Part shown: piece after piece, positions 53,726 to 63,371 of the stretch | Numbering within the stretch: position 1 is the first letter of the stretch | Layout: every line of letters begins with the position of its first letter | NCBI GenBank assembly: GCA_016840165.1 | Contig: JAEOSU010000076.1 | Coordinates: 86,719 to 150,718 of the forward strand | Source of the DNA: Promethearchaeota archaeon | GTDB taxonomy: Archaea > Asgardarchaeota > Lokiarchaeia > Sigyniarchaeales > SOKP01 | Reading direction: 5' to 3' | Length of the DNA: 64,000 nucleotides | Notes under the pieces: model-generated | Databases searched by the model: none | What the model saw: the letters and a program-made list of their open reading frames with translations, nothing else | What the model was told of the DNA's origin: nothing | Position numbers and translations under genes: made by a program

Positions 53726-55549
53726 TTATAATTTTTCTTCTTTAATTTCTTGCTCATATTTGCTTCTTCGTTCTTTTAAATATTCAGGAATAGGAACATC
53801 CCACCATCCTACAGCGGGAGAACCTGTGAAAGGATAGGTTCTATTCACAAGAATCTCAATTACAGAGGGTTTTCCCGATTTAGTAGCCCTCTCTAATGCG
53901 GGAATAATCTCTTCTTTTTTTGTTAGTTTTTCGGCATAGCAGCCAAATCCTTCAGCAATTTTCGCAAAATCAGGCGAATATGCTTTTCCCTCGAAGTTTT
54001 CAAAAGCTGTTCCATAACCTCTGTCCTCTCCAAAAGCGGTTTGCTGCAAGTCTTTAATAGCAATCCATCCATAATTGTTGATTACTATAAAAAACATATT
54101 GGTAAGACCGAGTTGAACAGCAACAGATAATTCTGAAATTGTCATCATAAAATCTCCATCACCTACAAGAGCAACGACTTCACGATCGGGTTTACCTATA
54201 TCAATGGAACCTAGTTTTGCTCCTATAGCGGCGGGAACAGAATATCCCATTGTGGAAAAGCCTCCTGCTGTTAAACAAGTTTTTGGTTCATAAAATTCTA
54301 ATTCTTGCAACATTTGAGCTTGTACATTACCTGAACTTGTGACAAATACCGCATCTCTCTTAAAAAATTTTCTTACTTCTTGAAGTACAGTTGAAATCAT
54401 GACAGGTACTTTTGAATCGTCTCGATTTTTATCAAGAAATTCAAACCATTTTTGTTTCTCTTCTTGCATTTCTTTAAAATAGTCCGTTTTTTCGTATTCT
54501 TTTGAATAGTTGTCTTTCTTAAGTAGATCGATAATTTGGTTTAAACAAGCCTTAGCGTCACCGTAGATTCCAACGGTTACTGGATAATTTTTCCCAACTT
54601 CATGTGGGTCAATGTCAATCTGAATTAATTTGGTAGGTGGGATAGAAAAGCTTACTCCTTGTTTATAGGAGCTTGCAGTCTCATCGGCAAATCTACATCC
54701 AACTGCCAAAATTACATCTGCTTTTGTTGTCATTTTCAATCCAATATTAGTCCCTTTAGAACCCGCAGACCAACAAAAGAGTGGAAGATCATTTGGAAAA
54801 GCATCTTTCCCCATCATAGTCACCACAACTGCTGCTCCTAAAATCTCTGCTAGCTTTTTGATTTCTTCGGCCGCATCAGATGCTAGGACACCTCCACCTA
54901 AAAATAAAACAGGTCTTTTAGCAGTTTTTAATAAGCCAATAGCTTCTTTTATTAATTTTGGATCACCTAATATCCTTCCTCCTGCTCTCCTCTTACTAGG
55001 TTCTGGAATCTCAGTTTCAGTGGCTTTTGCTTGAACATCCATCGGTAAATCGATATGAACCGGACCTCTTCTCCCAGTTAACATCTGATTAAAGGCTCGT
55101 TGCATTATGGTTGGTAATTGATTAGGATTGGATACTTGCCAGCTTCGTTTCGTGACAGGCTCAAGAATTCTAGGAAAATCGGAATCACTCTTCCGTTCGA
55201 TTTCTTGCAATACGCCTTTCCCTCTCATATGGGTATGAGTGTCGCCCGTAAGGCATAATACTGGAAAGCTATCTACATAGGCATCAGCTAATCCAATCAC
55301 AGTATTTGCAGCTCCAGGACCAATTGAAGTAAAGACACATAAAGGTTGTCCAGTGATCCTATAATAACCAACTGCTAAGTGTACCCCAGACATTTCCTGT
55401 TTTGGTTGGATTAATTTTAGATGATCTTTATTCTTAAAAAAGGCATCTACAAGCGGAAGATTTCCATGTCCTGGGATTCCAACGACATATTTTACTCCCT
55501 CTTTTATGAGATATTTAGCAATTATTTCTCCACCTGTATATTTAACCAT
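53726..55549 (-). CDS. thiamine-diphosphate-dependent enzyme (acetolactate synthase / IolD-like family)
   Basis: GIPGHGNLPL N-terminal Pyr domain and GDGDFMM...NNYGW ThDP-binding motif. No small regulatory subunit gene is adjacent. Confidence 0.85.
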   Translation of the reverse strand: MVKYTGGEIIAKYLIKEGVKYVVGIPGHGNLPLVDAFFKNKDHLKLIQPKQEMSGVHLAVGYYRITGQPLCVFTSIGPGAANTVIGLADAYVDSFPVLCLTGDTHTHMRGKGVLQEIERKSDSDFPRILEPVTKRSWQVSNPNQLPTIMQRAFNQMLTGRRGPVHIDLPMDVQAKATETEIPEPSKRRAGGRILGDPKLIKEAIGLLKTAKRPVLFLGGGVLASDAAEEIKKLAEILGAAVVVTMMGKDAFPNDLPLFCWSAGSKGTNIGLKMTTKADVILAVGCRFADETASSYKQGVSFSIPPTKLIQIDIDPHEVGKNYPVTVGIYGDAKACLNQIIDLLKKDNYSKEYEKTDYFKEMQEEKQKWFEFLDKNRDDSKVPVMISTVLQEVRKFFKRDAVFVTSSGNVQAQMLQELEFYEPKTCLTAGGFSTMGYSVPAAIGAKLGSIDIGKPDREVVALVGDGDFMMTISELSVAVQLGLTNMFFIVINNYGWIAIKDLQQTAFGEDRGYGTAFENFEGKAYSPDFAKIAEGFGCYAEKLTKKEEIIPALERATKSGKPSVIEILVNRTYPFTGSPAVGWWDVPIPEYLKERRSKYEQEIKEEKL

Positions 55550-55653
55550 TTTTGGTAACCTATTCCAAATTAAATTGATTAATGCTTAAATCAAAAGAAT
55601 TAAGAATGGAATTTTAATGATTGTGTTTAAGTGAATAAATAAAAAATAAAACG

Positions 55654-56433
55654 TTAAATGACTTTACTAAAGATTTCTTTAGCTTGTAAATAGGAAGGAT
55701 TTTGATTTGATATTTCTAGGAGATTACCTCCCATTAAGTTGATTTTAGCTATCTCATCATTTGATGAGATAAATCCGAGCAATTTCACATTATCTCTATT
55801 AGTTTCAATGATTTCTTTTTCTAAAATGCCCTGCAAATCCTCTGGAAATCTATTACCGAGTATCCAAATATTTTCAAACTCCAATTGTAATTCATCAGTA
55901 ATCTCAAGAATGCGTTTTAAGGTGTGCATTGCCATCTTAGAGGGATCAGAAACGATAATAAGATCAGTTACATTTCTTCCTGTTTTACGAGCAAAATGTT
56001 CCAAACCAGCGGGAGAATCAAGTAATGTGATATCATAATTTTTTGAGAGAGTATCTATAACTTTTTTAAGCACATCATTTATAAAACAATAACAACCTTC
56101 TCCCTCTTGTCTTCCCATTTCCAATAGATCAAAATCGTCCATCTCTATTAAGCAATTATAGACATCAGATTCTATCAACTGACCTTTAGGAGTGTTCGGT
56201 GACAATTTCATACTTTGGATCTTGTCTTTCAAGACCTTCATTTTTCCTCCAATCGTATCACAAAATTGAACTTCTTCCCCAATAACATCTGCCACATTGG
56301 CATCTGGATCAGAATCAATAACGAGAATGTCCTTATTATTTCCATTATCAAGAATATATTTAAGAAATAAAGCTAATGATGTTGTTTTACCTACACCACC
56401 TTTACCAGCAAAAGCTATTACGCGATTTTTCAT
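55654..56433 (-). CDS. cooC: CooC/AcsF-type nickel-insertion ATPase (MinD/ParA superfamily)
   Basis: AFAGKGGVGKTT deviant Walker A and a GCYC CxC metal motif. Confidence 0.75.
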   Translation of the reverse strand: MKNRVIAFAGKGGVGKTTSLALFLKYILDNGNNKDILVIDSDPDANVADVIGEEVQFCDTIGGKMKVLKDKIQSMKLSPNTPKGQLIESDVYNCLIEMDDFDLLEMGRQEGEGCYCFINDVLKKVIDTLSKNYDITLLDSPAGLEHFARKTGRNVTDLIIVSDPSKMAMHTLKRILEITDELQLEFENIWILGNRFPEDLQGILEKEIIETNRDNVKLLGFISSNDEIAKINLMGGNLLEISNQNPSYLQAKEIFSKVI

Positions 56434-56589
56434 TGTTATTTTAAATTAATTTTTAATTTCTCTTATGTTAAGAAAAATAATGTTTGATTAAAAATTTGTC
56501 ATTCATAGAATAAAAGAAAAATAAACAAGGAAAGTTAACTTCTAAATCCAAATAAAGAGGAAAATTATAGGTAATAAGGAAATATGTAA

Positions 56590-57411
56590 TTACTCTTGGC
56601 GATACATTGGGACTATTTTAGAGGTAAATTCATCTAATGTATACTTAAATTCCTCTTCACTTGAAATTTTACCTAGTTCCATGAGAATCTGTCTTGCTAA
56701 TAGCCAAAAGGCTACTCCTAAAGCTTTTTTACCCCGATTATTGGCGGGGACTGCTAGATCAATACCATCCAAGGTATCATCCGTATCAAACAAAGCAACG
56801 ACGGGAATTCTCGCAAGTTTAGCTTCTCTTAATATAACTTTATCGGCATGAGGGTCAACTATTACCACAACAGAAGCATCTTTAATGTAATCGTCGATGA
56901 GCGGATTAGTAAGCGATCCTGGGATAAAACGTTCAGTGATTGCTTTACAACCTAAAACTTCACAGAATTTCCTAACCGGTTCTTTTCCATATCTTCTTAC
57001 GGAAGTAACGATTACTCTGTCACTTCCTTCCTCGATATATTTGCTTAGGAATTTAGCAGCTATGTTTAAGCGCTCATCTGTTTTAGTTAAATCTATGACG
57101 TATAAACCATAATTAGTTTGCCGGTAAATGAATCGGCGAGCATCCCCAGATAATAATTTAGTCCCGATATGTATACCACAACTAAGATATAATTGCTTTT
57201 TCTCTTCATCCTTATCGATGATTGTTTCTTTGGGGGCTAGACCGGCCTCTAAATCTTCAGTGTCTAATAAATCAAGTTCTTCTTCTAAATCAAGATCCTC
57301 TTCAAAATCTTCTTCGAAATCAATATCCAAGTCTTCTGAGAGTTTCAAATCATCTTCCTTGTCTATCTCTTCACTTTCCGGTTCTTCTGCTTTTTTTTTC
57401 TTTCTAGCCAA
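56590..57411 (-). CDS. rps2: ribosomal protein uS2 with ~70-aa acidic N-terminal extension
   Basis: LSCGIHIGTK..., VTSVRRYG, VIVDPHADK, IPVVALFDTD are uS2 blocks. The N-terminus is KKKK followed by a D/E-L/F repeat stretch. Confidence 0.85.
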   Translation of the reverse strand: MARKKKKAEEPESEEIDKEDDLKLSEDLDIDFEEDFEEDLDLEEELDLLDTEDLEAGLAPKETIIDKDEEKKQLYLSCGIHIGTKLLSGDARRFIYRQTNYGLYVIDLTKTDERLNIAAKFLSKYIEEGSDRVIVTSVRRYGKEPVRKFCEVLGCKAITERFIPGSLTNPLIDDYIKDASVVVIVDPHADKVILREAKLARIPVVALFDTDDTLDGIDLAVPANNRGKKALGVAFWLLARQILMELGKISSEEEFKYTLDEFTSKIVPMYRQE

Positions 57412-57618
57412 GGTATTGACCTAAGTATTTAAGAAATTAATTTAATCAAATAAATGACTGTAATTATTTTAATTAAAACTTCATAATTTTAATATTTTAT
57501 TAAAAGAAATCTCCTAATTCGCTTATAACTAAAGATTTAATATAATCAAATTATTAAAGATATTTATAATCTATATTATTATAATTGGATTTAAACTTAC
57601 AAAAATAGGATTTTCTTC

Positions 57619-58107
57619 ATGGTTTCTTATAGATTATTAATAGGAATTATTACTAGTGTGATTTTCAGTTTCTTTACTGCTTTTTTCTTTACTATGGAAG
57701 ACATTACTGATCAAATTCAGTCATTTATTGCTTCAGATCCTCTAAAAGTTATAATATTGATGATAGGTGCAAATTTTAAGTTTGATATTATTTCATACTT
57801 TATAGAATCACCTACTTTTCTTGAGTTTTTTGCTCCCCAACTTTTAGCAAGCATTTTAATAGGTTTTTTAAGCGGTACGATTTCTAAGGGATTGAAAAGA
57901 GGATTTATAGCCAGCATGATTGTTATAGTTGTTGATGTATTAATTTGGATTTTGCTCAGCGTGATTTCGGGAGAAGATTTAATGGCATTATTTCAAGGTG
58001 CACAATTATCAGCCACAATCGGTGGTATATTAACCGCAATTATAGGAGCAATAGTAGGTGGAATGATTGGAGGTCTTATTAGTGGCCCATATGAAAATAG
58101 CTATTAA
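57619..58107 (+). CDS. hypothetical membrane protein with C-terminal glycine-zipper helix
   Basis: Four hydrophobic segments, ending GGILTAIIGAIVGGMIGGLISG. Confidence 0.5.
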   Translation: MVSYRLLIGIITSVIFSFFTAFFFTMEDITDQIQSFIASDPLKVIILMIGANFKFDIISYFIESPTFLEFFAPQLLASILIGFLSGTISKGLKRGFIASMIVIVVDVLIWILLSVISGEDLMALFQGAQLSATIGGILTAIIGAIVGGMIGGLISGPYENSY

Positions 58108-58180
58108 AATTTGATAATCAAGTCAAATTAGTTTCTTAACATAACCAAACCTTAAAGCATATGCTGATTTATAAAATTTA

Positions 58181-58714
58181 ATGGTAAATCAAGAGATACT
58201 CCCATCTAAAGAGGCAGCTTTCGAACTTCTTAAAAAATTAAAGGTTCCCTATCAAGTGAGACGGCATTCTTTAAAAGTAGCAGAAAAAGCTTTGGAGATT
58301 GCTTATAAAATAAATAAAACTGATGTTGATCTCGATCTAATTGAAATAGGAGCTATACTACATGATATAGGCAGAGCTCAGACTCATGGATTTAAACATG
58401 CAATAATTGGGGGCAGGATTTTAAGAGAGAGGGGGTACCCAAGCAAACTAGCCCGAATTTGTGAAACACACATTTTAGGTGGTTTAGATAAAGAGGATGC
58501 TAGGTTCCTAAATTTACCAGAAAAAGATTATCTTCCCAATTCTCTTGAAGAAAAGGTCATATGTTTAGCTGATAAACTAACCGCTGGAACTAAAGAAGTG
58601 ACTATTGAACAACGGTTTCAAAAATGGTTTAGTAAATACGGCAAAACTAAGATTCTTATGAAATCTAAAAGAAGAATTGAGAAAATTCAAGAAGAATTAT
58701 CTAGTCTCATGTAG
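58181..58714 (+). CDS. HD-domain (HDIG) phosphohydrolase
   Basis: HS..VA and LHDIGR motifs; later CLADKL. Confidence 0.78.
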   Translation: MVNQEILPSKEAAFELLKKLKVPYQVRRHSLKVAEKALEIAYKINKTDVDLDLIEIGAILHDIGRAQTHGFKHAIIGGRILRERGYPSKLARICETHILGGLDKEDARFLNLPEKDYLPNSLEEKVICLADKLTAGTKEVTIEQRFQKWFSKYGKTKILMKSKRRIEKIQEELSSLM

Positions 58715-59207
58715 CTTTTAGTCGCTTTTGTAGTTTTTTGATGATTCCTCCTTCATTTAAAATCTCAGTTAAAAATTTAGGGAGTTTTGGAAATTCTAAA
58801 ATAAGATTTTTAGTTTGATTTTCAATAATCCCCCTACTTAGATCTATTTTTATTAAATCACCATCACTAAAGGAAGCATCTTTCCAATTCAACGTTATAC
58901 CAGGAATTCCATTGTTAATAAGGTTTCTAAAATAGATACGAGCAAAAGATCTTGCGATTATAGCTTTTATTCCAAGAATTTTAAATACATTAACAGCTTC
59001 TTCACGAGAGCTTCCCGTTCCAAAATTACTCCCCGCAATCAATATTTTTTGTTTAGCTGACTTTTCTGTGAAGTTTGGATCTATGAATTCTAAAGTATAT
59101 TCTGCCATTGCATTCGAATCTCTCATTGTTAGTGTGTGACTTGGTACAATATCATCAGTATTTATATCATCCCCTAAGATATAAACATAGCCCTCAATGA
59201 ATCTCAC
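58707..59207 (-). CDS. leuD: 3-isopropylmalate/homoaconitate dehydratase small subunit
   Basis: YILGDDINTDDI and GSNFGTGSSREEA motifs. Confidence 0.88.
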   Translation of the reverse strand: MRFIEGYVYILGDDINTDDIVPSHTLTMRDSNAMAEYTLEFIDPNFTEKSAKQKILIAGSNFGTGSSREEAVNVFKILGIKAIIARSFARIYFRNLINNGIPGITLNWKDASFSDGDLIKIDLSRGIIENQTKNLILEFPKLPKFLTEILNEGGIIKKLQKRLKAT

Positions 59208-60469
59208 TATGACAACACCTCCCTTGGATCTGAAATTTTTCCATTTAGAGCAGACACAGCAACCGTAGCGGGAGAGGCTAGATAAATTTGAGAGCTAGGA
59301 TCACCCATCCTTCCAGTGAAGTTTCTATTTGTACTGCTGATACAAACTTCATTCTCACCTAGGAGACCAAGATGGCCTCCTATACAGGCACCACATGTGG
59401 AATTTGTAACAATTGCACCAGATTCTAAGAATATTTCGATTAAACCTTCTTTTAAGGCACTTAAATATATTTCTTTAGAAGCAGGGGTGACAATCATCCT
59501 AATTTTTTGATTTATTTTTTTTCCTTTTAAAATTTTTGCTGCTACACGTAGATCTTCCATTCTTCCATTTGTACAGCTACCTAAAAAAGCTTGATCAATC
59601 GATATTCCTTCAACTTCTTCTATATATGCTAAATTATCAGGATTTGAAGGTTTGGCAACCACGGGAGTTATCTTTGATAAATCGTATTCAAAAGTCTGCT
59701 CATATTCTGCATTCTTATCTGAATTTACCATTTTATAAGGTTTATTTGATCGTTTAGCAATCCAATTTTCTAAATTTTTATCAGGAATAAAAACACCAAA
59801 CTTGGCTCCTGCTTCCACCACCATATTAGAGATTGTCATTCTTGAATCGATGGACAGACTTTCAATACCATCCCCATGAAATTCAAGCGATTTATAAATT
59901 GCTCCTTTCGTAGATATATCTCCAATAAATGTGAGGATGAAATCTTTTGACATTACGCCATTATTTAATTTATTAGTTAAATCAATTTTTAATGATTCCG
60001 GAACCTTGAACCAAAGTATTCCTGTTGCAAATACCATAACTACATCTGTAGCCCCAATACCAGTTGATAAACAGTTAAAGGCTCCATAGGTGGTTGTATG
60101 ACTATCTGAACCAACAATAAGCATTCCTGGTCTTGAATAACCCATTTCTGGTAAAACTTGGTGACAAATACCTTTATCCATACCCATGTTATGAACAAAC
60201 TTATATTTTTCAGCAAAATTACGACAATCTTTATGCATTTGTGCCGCAGATACACTAGGGGCGGGTACCCAATGATCTAAAATAAAAAAGATCTTATCAG
60301 GATCCCACACTTTATCAAGTCCTAACTTTTCATACTCTTTATGAATTCTTCCACCTAATTGTTCATGAACCATAATAAGATCAATTTTAGCTTCAATAAA
60401 TTGACCTGGTTCAACTTTTCCGGTAGAACAATGAGATTGAAAAATTTTTTCTGCGATTGTATTACTCAT
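59207..60469 (-). CDS. leuC: 3-isopropylmalate/homoaconitate dehydratase large subunit (aconitase family)
   Basis: VGSDSHTTT, LGSCTNGR, CGACIG Fe-S ligand motifs. Confidence 0.9.
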   Translation of the reverse strand: MSNTIAEKIFQSHCSTGKVEPGQFIEAKIDLIMVHEQLGGRIHKEYEKLGLDKVWDPDKIFFILDHWVPAPSVSAAQMHKDCRNFAEKYKFVHNMGMDKGICHQVLPEMGYSRPGMLIVGSDSHTTTYGAFNCLSTGIGATDVVMVFATGILWFKVPESLKIDLTNKLNNGVMSKDFILTFIGDISTKGAIYKSLEFHGDGIESLSIDSRMTISNMVVEAGAKFGVFIPDKNLENWIAKRSNKPYKMVNSDKNAEYEQTFEYDLSKITPVVAKPSNPDNLAYIEEVEGISIDQAFLGSCTNGRMEDLRVAAKILKGKKINQKIRMIVTPASKEIYLSALKEGLIEIFLESGAIVTNSTCGACIGGHLGLLGENEVCISSTNRNFTGRMGDPSSQIYLASPATVAVSALNGKISDPREVLS

Positions 60470-61743
60470 TTTGTATCACACGTGAGTTCTTGATTATTAC
60501 TTAATTTATTATAATCTTTATCCATCATTAATATAACTTTTTTAAATAAGACGCAAGTTTGAAGCAAAATATTGGGATCTACTTTATCAAGAGTGTCATG
60601 CTTACTATGGGTAAATAGGGCCGCTGCTCGAGTGGTGATGTCAATAGCGTCATAACCTCTCAAATGAAAGGGTACTGAATCTGTATGAGCCCCAGTACTT
60701 AAATGAAATCCATTAATTTTGATATTCTCTTTATCTGCTACAAAAAGAATATATTTGCCTAGGAGAGGTGCAATCTTCTTTCTTGGAAACACCCCATATG
60801 ATTTAAAATATTCAATTTGATTTAGTCTGTGATTTTTACAAGATACCATATCAAAATTAAATTGAAAAATACGCCCTTTTGTAAATTCGGTTTCATAATC
60901 ATTAACGAAAATACGAGAACCCATCGTTCCTAATTCCTCTGCCGAAAATTGACAGCACCAAACATTAAAATTATCAAGAGGGTGTTTTAAAAAATACTGA
61001 CTCAATTCAAATACTATTGCCATGCCAGATCCATTATCTAAAGCTCCAGGTGAATTATTATGAGTGTTAAGAAACAGTAAAAATATGTTTGAAATTGAAA
61101 TTAGAATAACCGAAATCCAAGATCCATATAGAATAAACCGGGAATCCATATTAGATAAAGTAAAAAAGTTAAGTAAAAAAGAAATGTAAAAAAAGCCTTG
61201 AAATAGACCAGAATATAACCATAATCTATAAAATAATATTCTCCAAAACGTTTTGTAAGTTTGAGATTTACTGTCTAAATGAGCGGATAATATTATATCA
61301 CCTACCTGTTCTTCCTTGAGTTTTTTAGCGGGTACCTTAACAATCACATTACTAGCTGTATGAATATTGCCAAAGTATTCCCCCCAAAAACCTCTATTTT
61401 CAGGATGTCTTAAGCCTTTAAAAATTAATAAAACAACGATAGCCATTATAGCTACTACTGCTAATGTTAAAATAACGTGGATATAAAAAAATAATAATAA
61501 TATTAAATTAAAAATCAAATTTATCACCATTAATAATTTAATTAGCGTAGTAGAATAAAAATCAGAAAATTCAAATTCTCTTTCTATAATCTGTGATTCT
61601 TGAAATCCTAACTCTTTAAAGGTTTGAACTGTTATCCCTACAGCTTGTTTTTCATTAGCTGTTCCTGCAAGCCGAGGGAAACTTAATTTTTTGACGTAAT
61701 TGAAAATCCTTTTTTGCTCGAACTCGAATTCATTTCTCTCCAT
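60466..61743 (-). CDS. M28-family metallopeptidase with transmembrane hairpin insertions (paralog of 50903-52063)
   Basis: FPRLAGT, SAHLDS, GALDNGSG, SAEELGTMG, THSKHDT blocks separated by hydrophobic hairpins. Its stop overlaps the leuC ATG (ATGA). Confidence 0.78.
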   Translation of the reverse strand: MERNEFEFEQKRIFNYVKKLSFPRLAGTANEKQAVGITVQTFKELGFQESQIIEREFEFSDFYSTTLIKLLMVINLIFNLILLLFFYIHVILTLAVVAIMAIVVLLIFKGLRHPENRGFWGEYFGNIHTASNVIVKVPAKKLKEEQVGDIILSAHLDSKSQTYKTFWRILFYRLWLYSGLFQGFFYISFLLNFFTLSNMDSRFILYGSWISVILISISNIFLLFLNTHNNSPGALDNGSGMAIVFELSQYFLKHPLDNFNVWCCQFSAEELGTMGSRIFVNDYETEFTKGRIFQFNFDMVSCKNHRLNQIEYFKSYGVFPRKKIAPLLGKYILFVADKENIKINGFHLSTGAHTDSVPFHLRGYDAIDITTRAAALFTHSKHDTLDKVDPNILLQTCVLFKKVILMMDKDYNKLSNNQELTCDTK

Positions 61744-61758
61744 ATTTGAATAAATGAG

Positions 61759-62367
61759 TTACTCCTTTAATTTTTGAAGAACAATTTGTTGAATCTTATC
61801 TTGGACGAATTCTATAATATCATTTGAGTTTACAATAGAATAATTCTCTTTTTTTGCACGCTTCAGATAAAGCGCCCTTACTTTGTCCAAAAAGGACGTA
61901 TCTTCGAATTTTTCTAAATCTTGTTGCGTTTTACGGGCTAGAGATATTTTCGGATCAATGTCTAAGATTATTGTGAGATCAGGCAGTCCTACAAATTTGT
62001 TGATATTTTTTACCCATTCTATCGAAATTAATTCTGATTGGACAGATTGATAGATAATAGAGGATTCAATATATCTATCTGAGATAACAATATAGCCTTC
62101 TTTTAGCTTTTCCTTTATCTCACCATGATAATGGAGATTTCTATCCGCGGCAAATAATAGTGCATCGGTTATAGGAGGGATTTTTTCATCTTTCAAATAT
62201 TTTCTAACTAGAAGACCTATTTCGTTGTTTGATGGCTCTTGAGTTAGATGAACCTTAAATCCTTTTGTTTCCAAAAATCCCTTAAGAAGATTACAATGAG
62301 TCGTGGTACCACTTCCATCAATTCCATCTAGCACGATAAATATCGGTTTTTGAATCAACTTTAGCAA
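61759..62367 (-). CDS. tmk: thymidylate kinase
   Basis: VLDGIDGSGTTT P-loop and DRY motif (SDRYIES). Confidence 0.9.
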   Translation of the reverse strand: MLKLIQKPIFIVLDGIDGSGTTTHCNLLKGFLETKGFKVHLTQEPSNNEIGLLVRKYLKDEKIPPITDALLFAADRNLHYHGEIKEKLKEGYIVISDRYIESSIIYQSVQSELISIEWVKNINKFVGLPDLTIILDIDPKISLARKTQQDLEKFEDTSFLDKVRALYLKRAKKENYSIVNSNDIIEFVQDKIQQIVLQKLKE

Positions 62368-62569
62368 TGAATACTTTTTATTTGATATCTAATTTAATAG
62401 GAAATTATTGTTTTAGCTACTTTAAATTATTAATTATTTCTTTTGAAATAATAATAAAGAAGCGACTTTTTAATATGTTTCTTATCACTGACTAAAGAAA
62501 ATTATATTTAAGTAATTATGAACTTATAATTACTATTAAACAAATTTAATGAATAAGAGTTGATAAAAG

Positions 62570-62941
62570 ATGGAGACAAGAAATCCTACTGGTTATTGCC
62601 CGCGATGTAGACAAGAAGTCCTTCTTACAAGAGAAGAGATTAATTGGGGTGTAGCGATATTATTATTATGCTTTACTGGTGGTATTGGTTTAATAATATA
62701 TTTGGCAATTTATTATTCTAAGCCACAGGATCGGTGTATCCAATGCAATACTCGAATAATAAGTAGAGCTCCACAATACTCACGAAATATTAACATATAT
62801 CAAAATGAAGCAGCTATATCAAACGAGAATCAGAATGTAGAAGTAATAGAAAATAACAGCCCTAAGTATTGTCCCTTCTGTGGAGAGCAATTACAGTCAT
62901 CCAATGTAAGGTTCTGCCCTAATTGTGGAACTAAAGTATAA
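62570..62941 (+). CDS. LITAF-like split zinc-ribbon membrane protein with second C-terminal zinc ribbon
   Basis: CPRC-x13-(about 24 hydrophobic residues)-x8-CIQC, then CPFCG-x11-CPNCG. Confidence 0.55.
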   Translation: METRNPTGYCPRCRQEVLLTREEINWGVAILLLCFTGGIGLIIYLAIYYSKPQDRCIQCNTRIISRAPQYSRNINIYQNEAAISNENQNVEVIENNSPKYCPFCGEQLQSSNVRFCPNCGTKV

Positions 62942-62956
62942 TTATATTACCTATTT

Positions 62957-63181
62957 TTAAAAATAGAGTCTAGTTCTAATGCTAAATAAGTATTTTTCGT
63001 CAATTGAATATACATTGGACTGATTTTCTCTTTTCAGGTGATCTCTTTCTTTAGAGATTATTTTAAGAACTCGAAAATACACTCGATTATTATCGATCCA
63101 CATTCGATCTACTAAAATGTTAAGATTTCCGTTAGTTCCTTGACCATAAACTTGGAAGGAATTTATAGTTTCCACAGTCAA
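62957..63181 (-). CDS. hypothetical small protein
   Basis: ORF only, between the two paralogs. Confidence 0.25.
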   Translation of the reverse strand: MTVETINSFQVYGQGTNGNLNILVDRMWIDNNRVYFRVLKIISKERDHLKRENQSNVYSIDEKYLFSIRTRLYF

Positions 63182-63371
63182 TCCTCTAAGCTATTTTTTA
63201 TATTAATATATTTAGAAATAAATATTTGAATAGCACTTTTTTAGACATATTACTCTCTTTGAGAGGATCAATTCATTTTTAAAATATTGGACTAAAGATC
63301 ATTTTTGTATTTTCTATTTAATTTGTACTTAAAGATTAATATATAATTTAAAAATTCGTGAGGTAAGTTAA

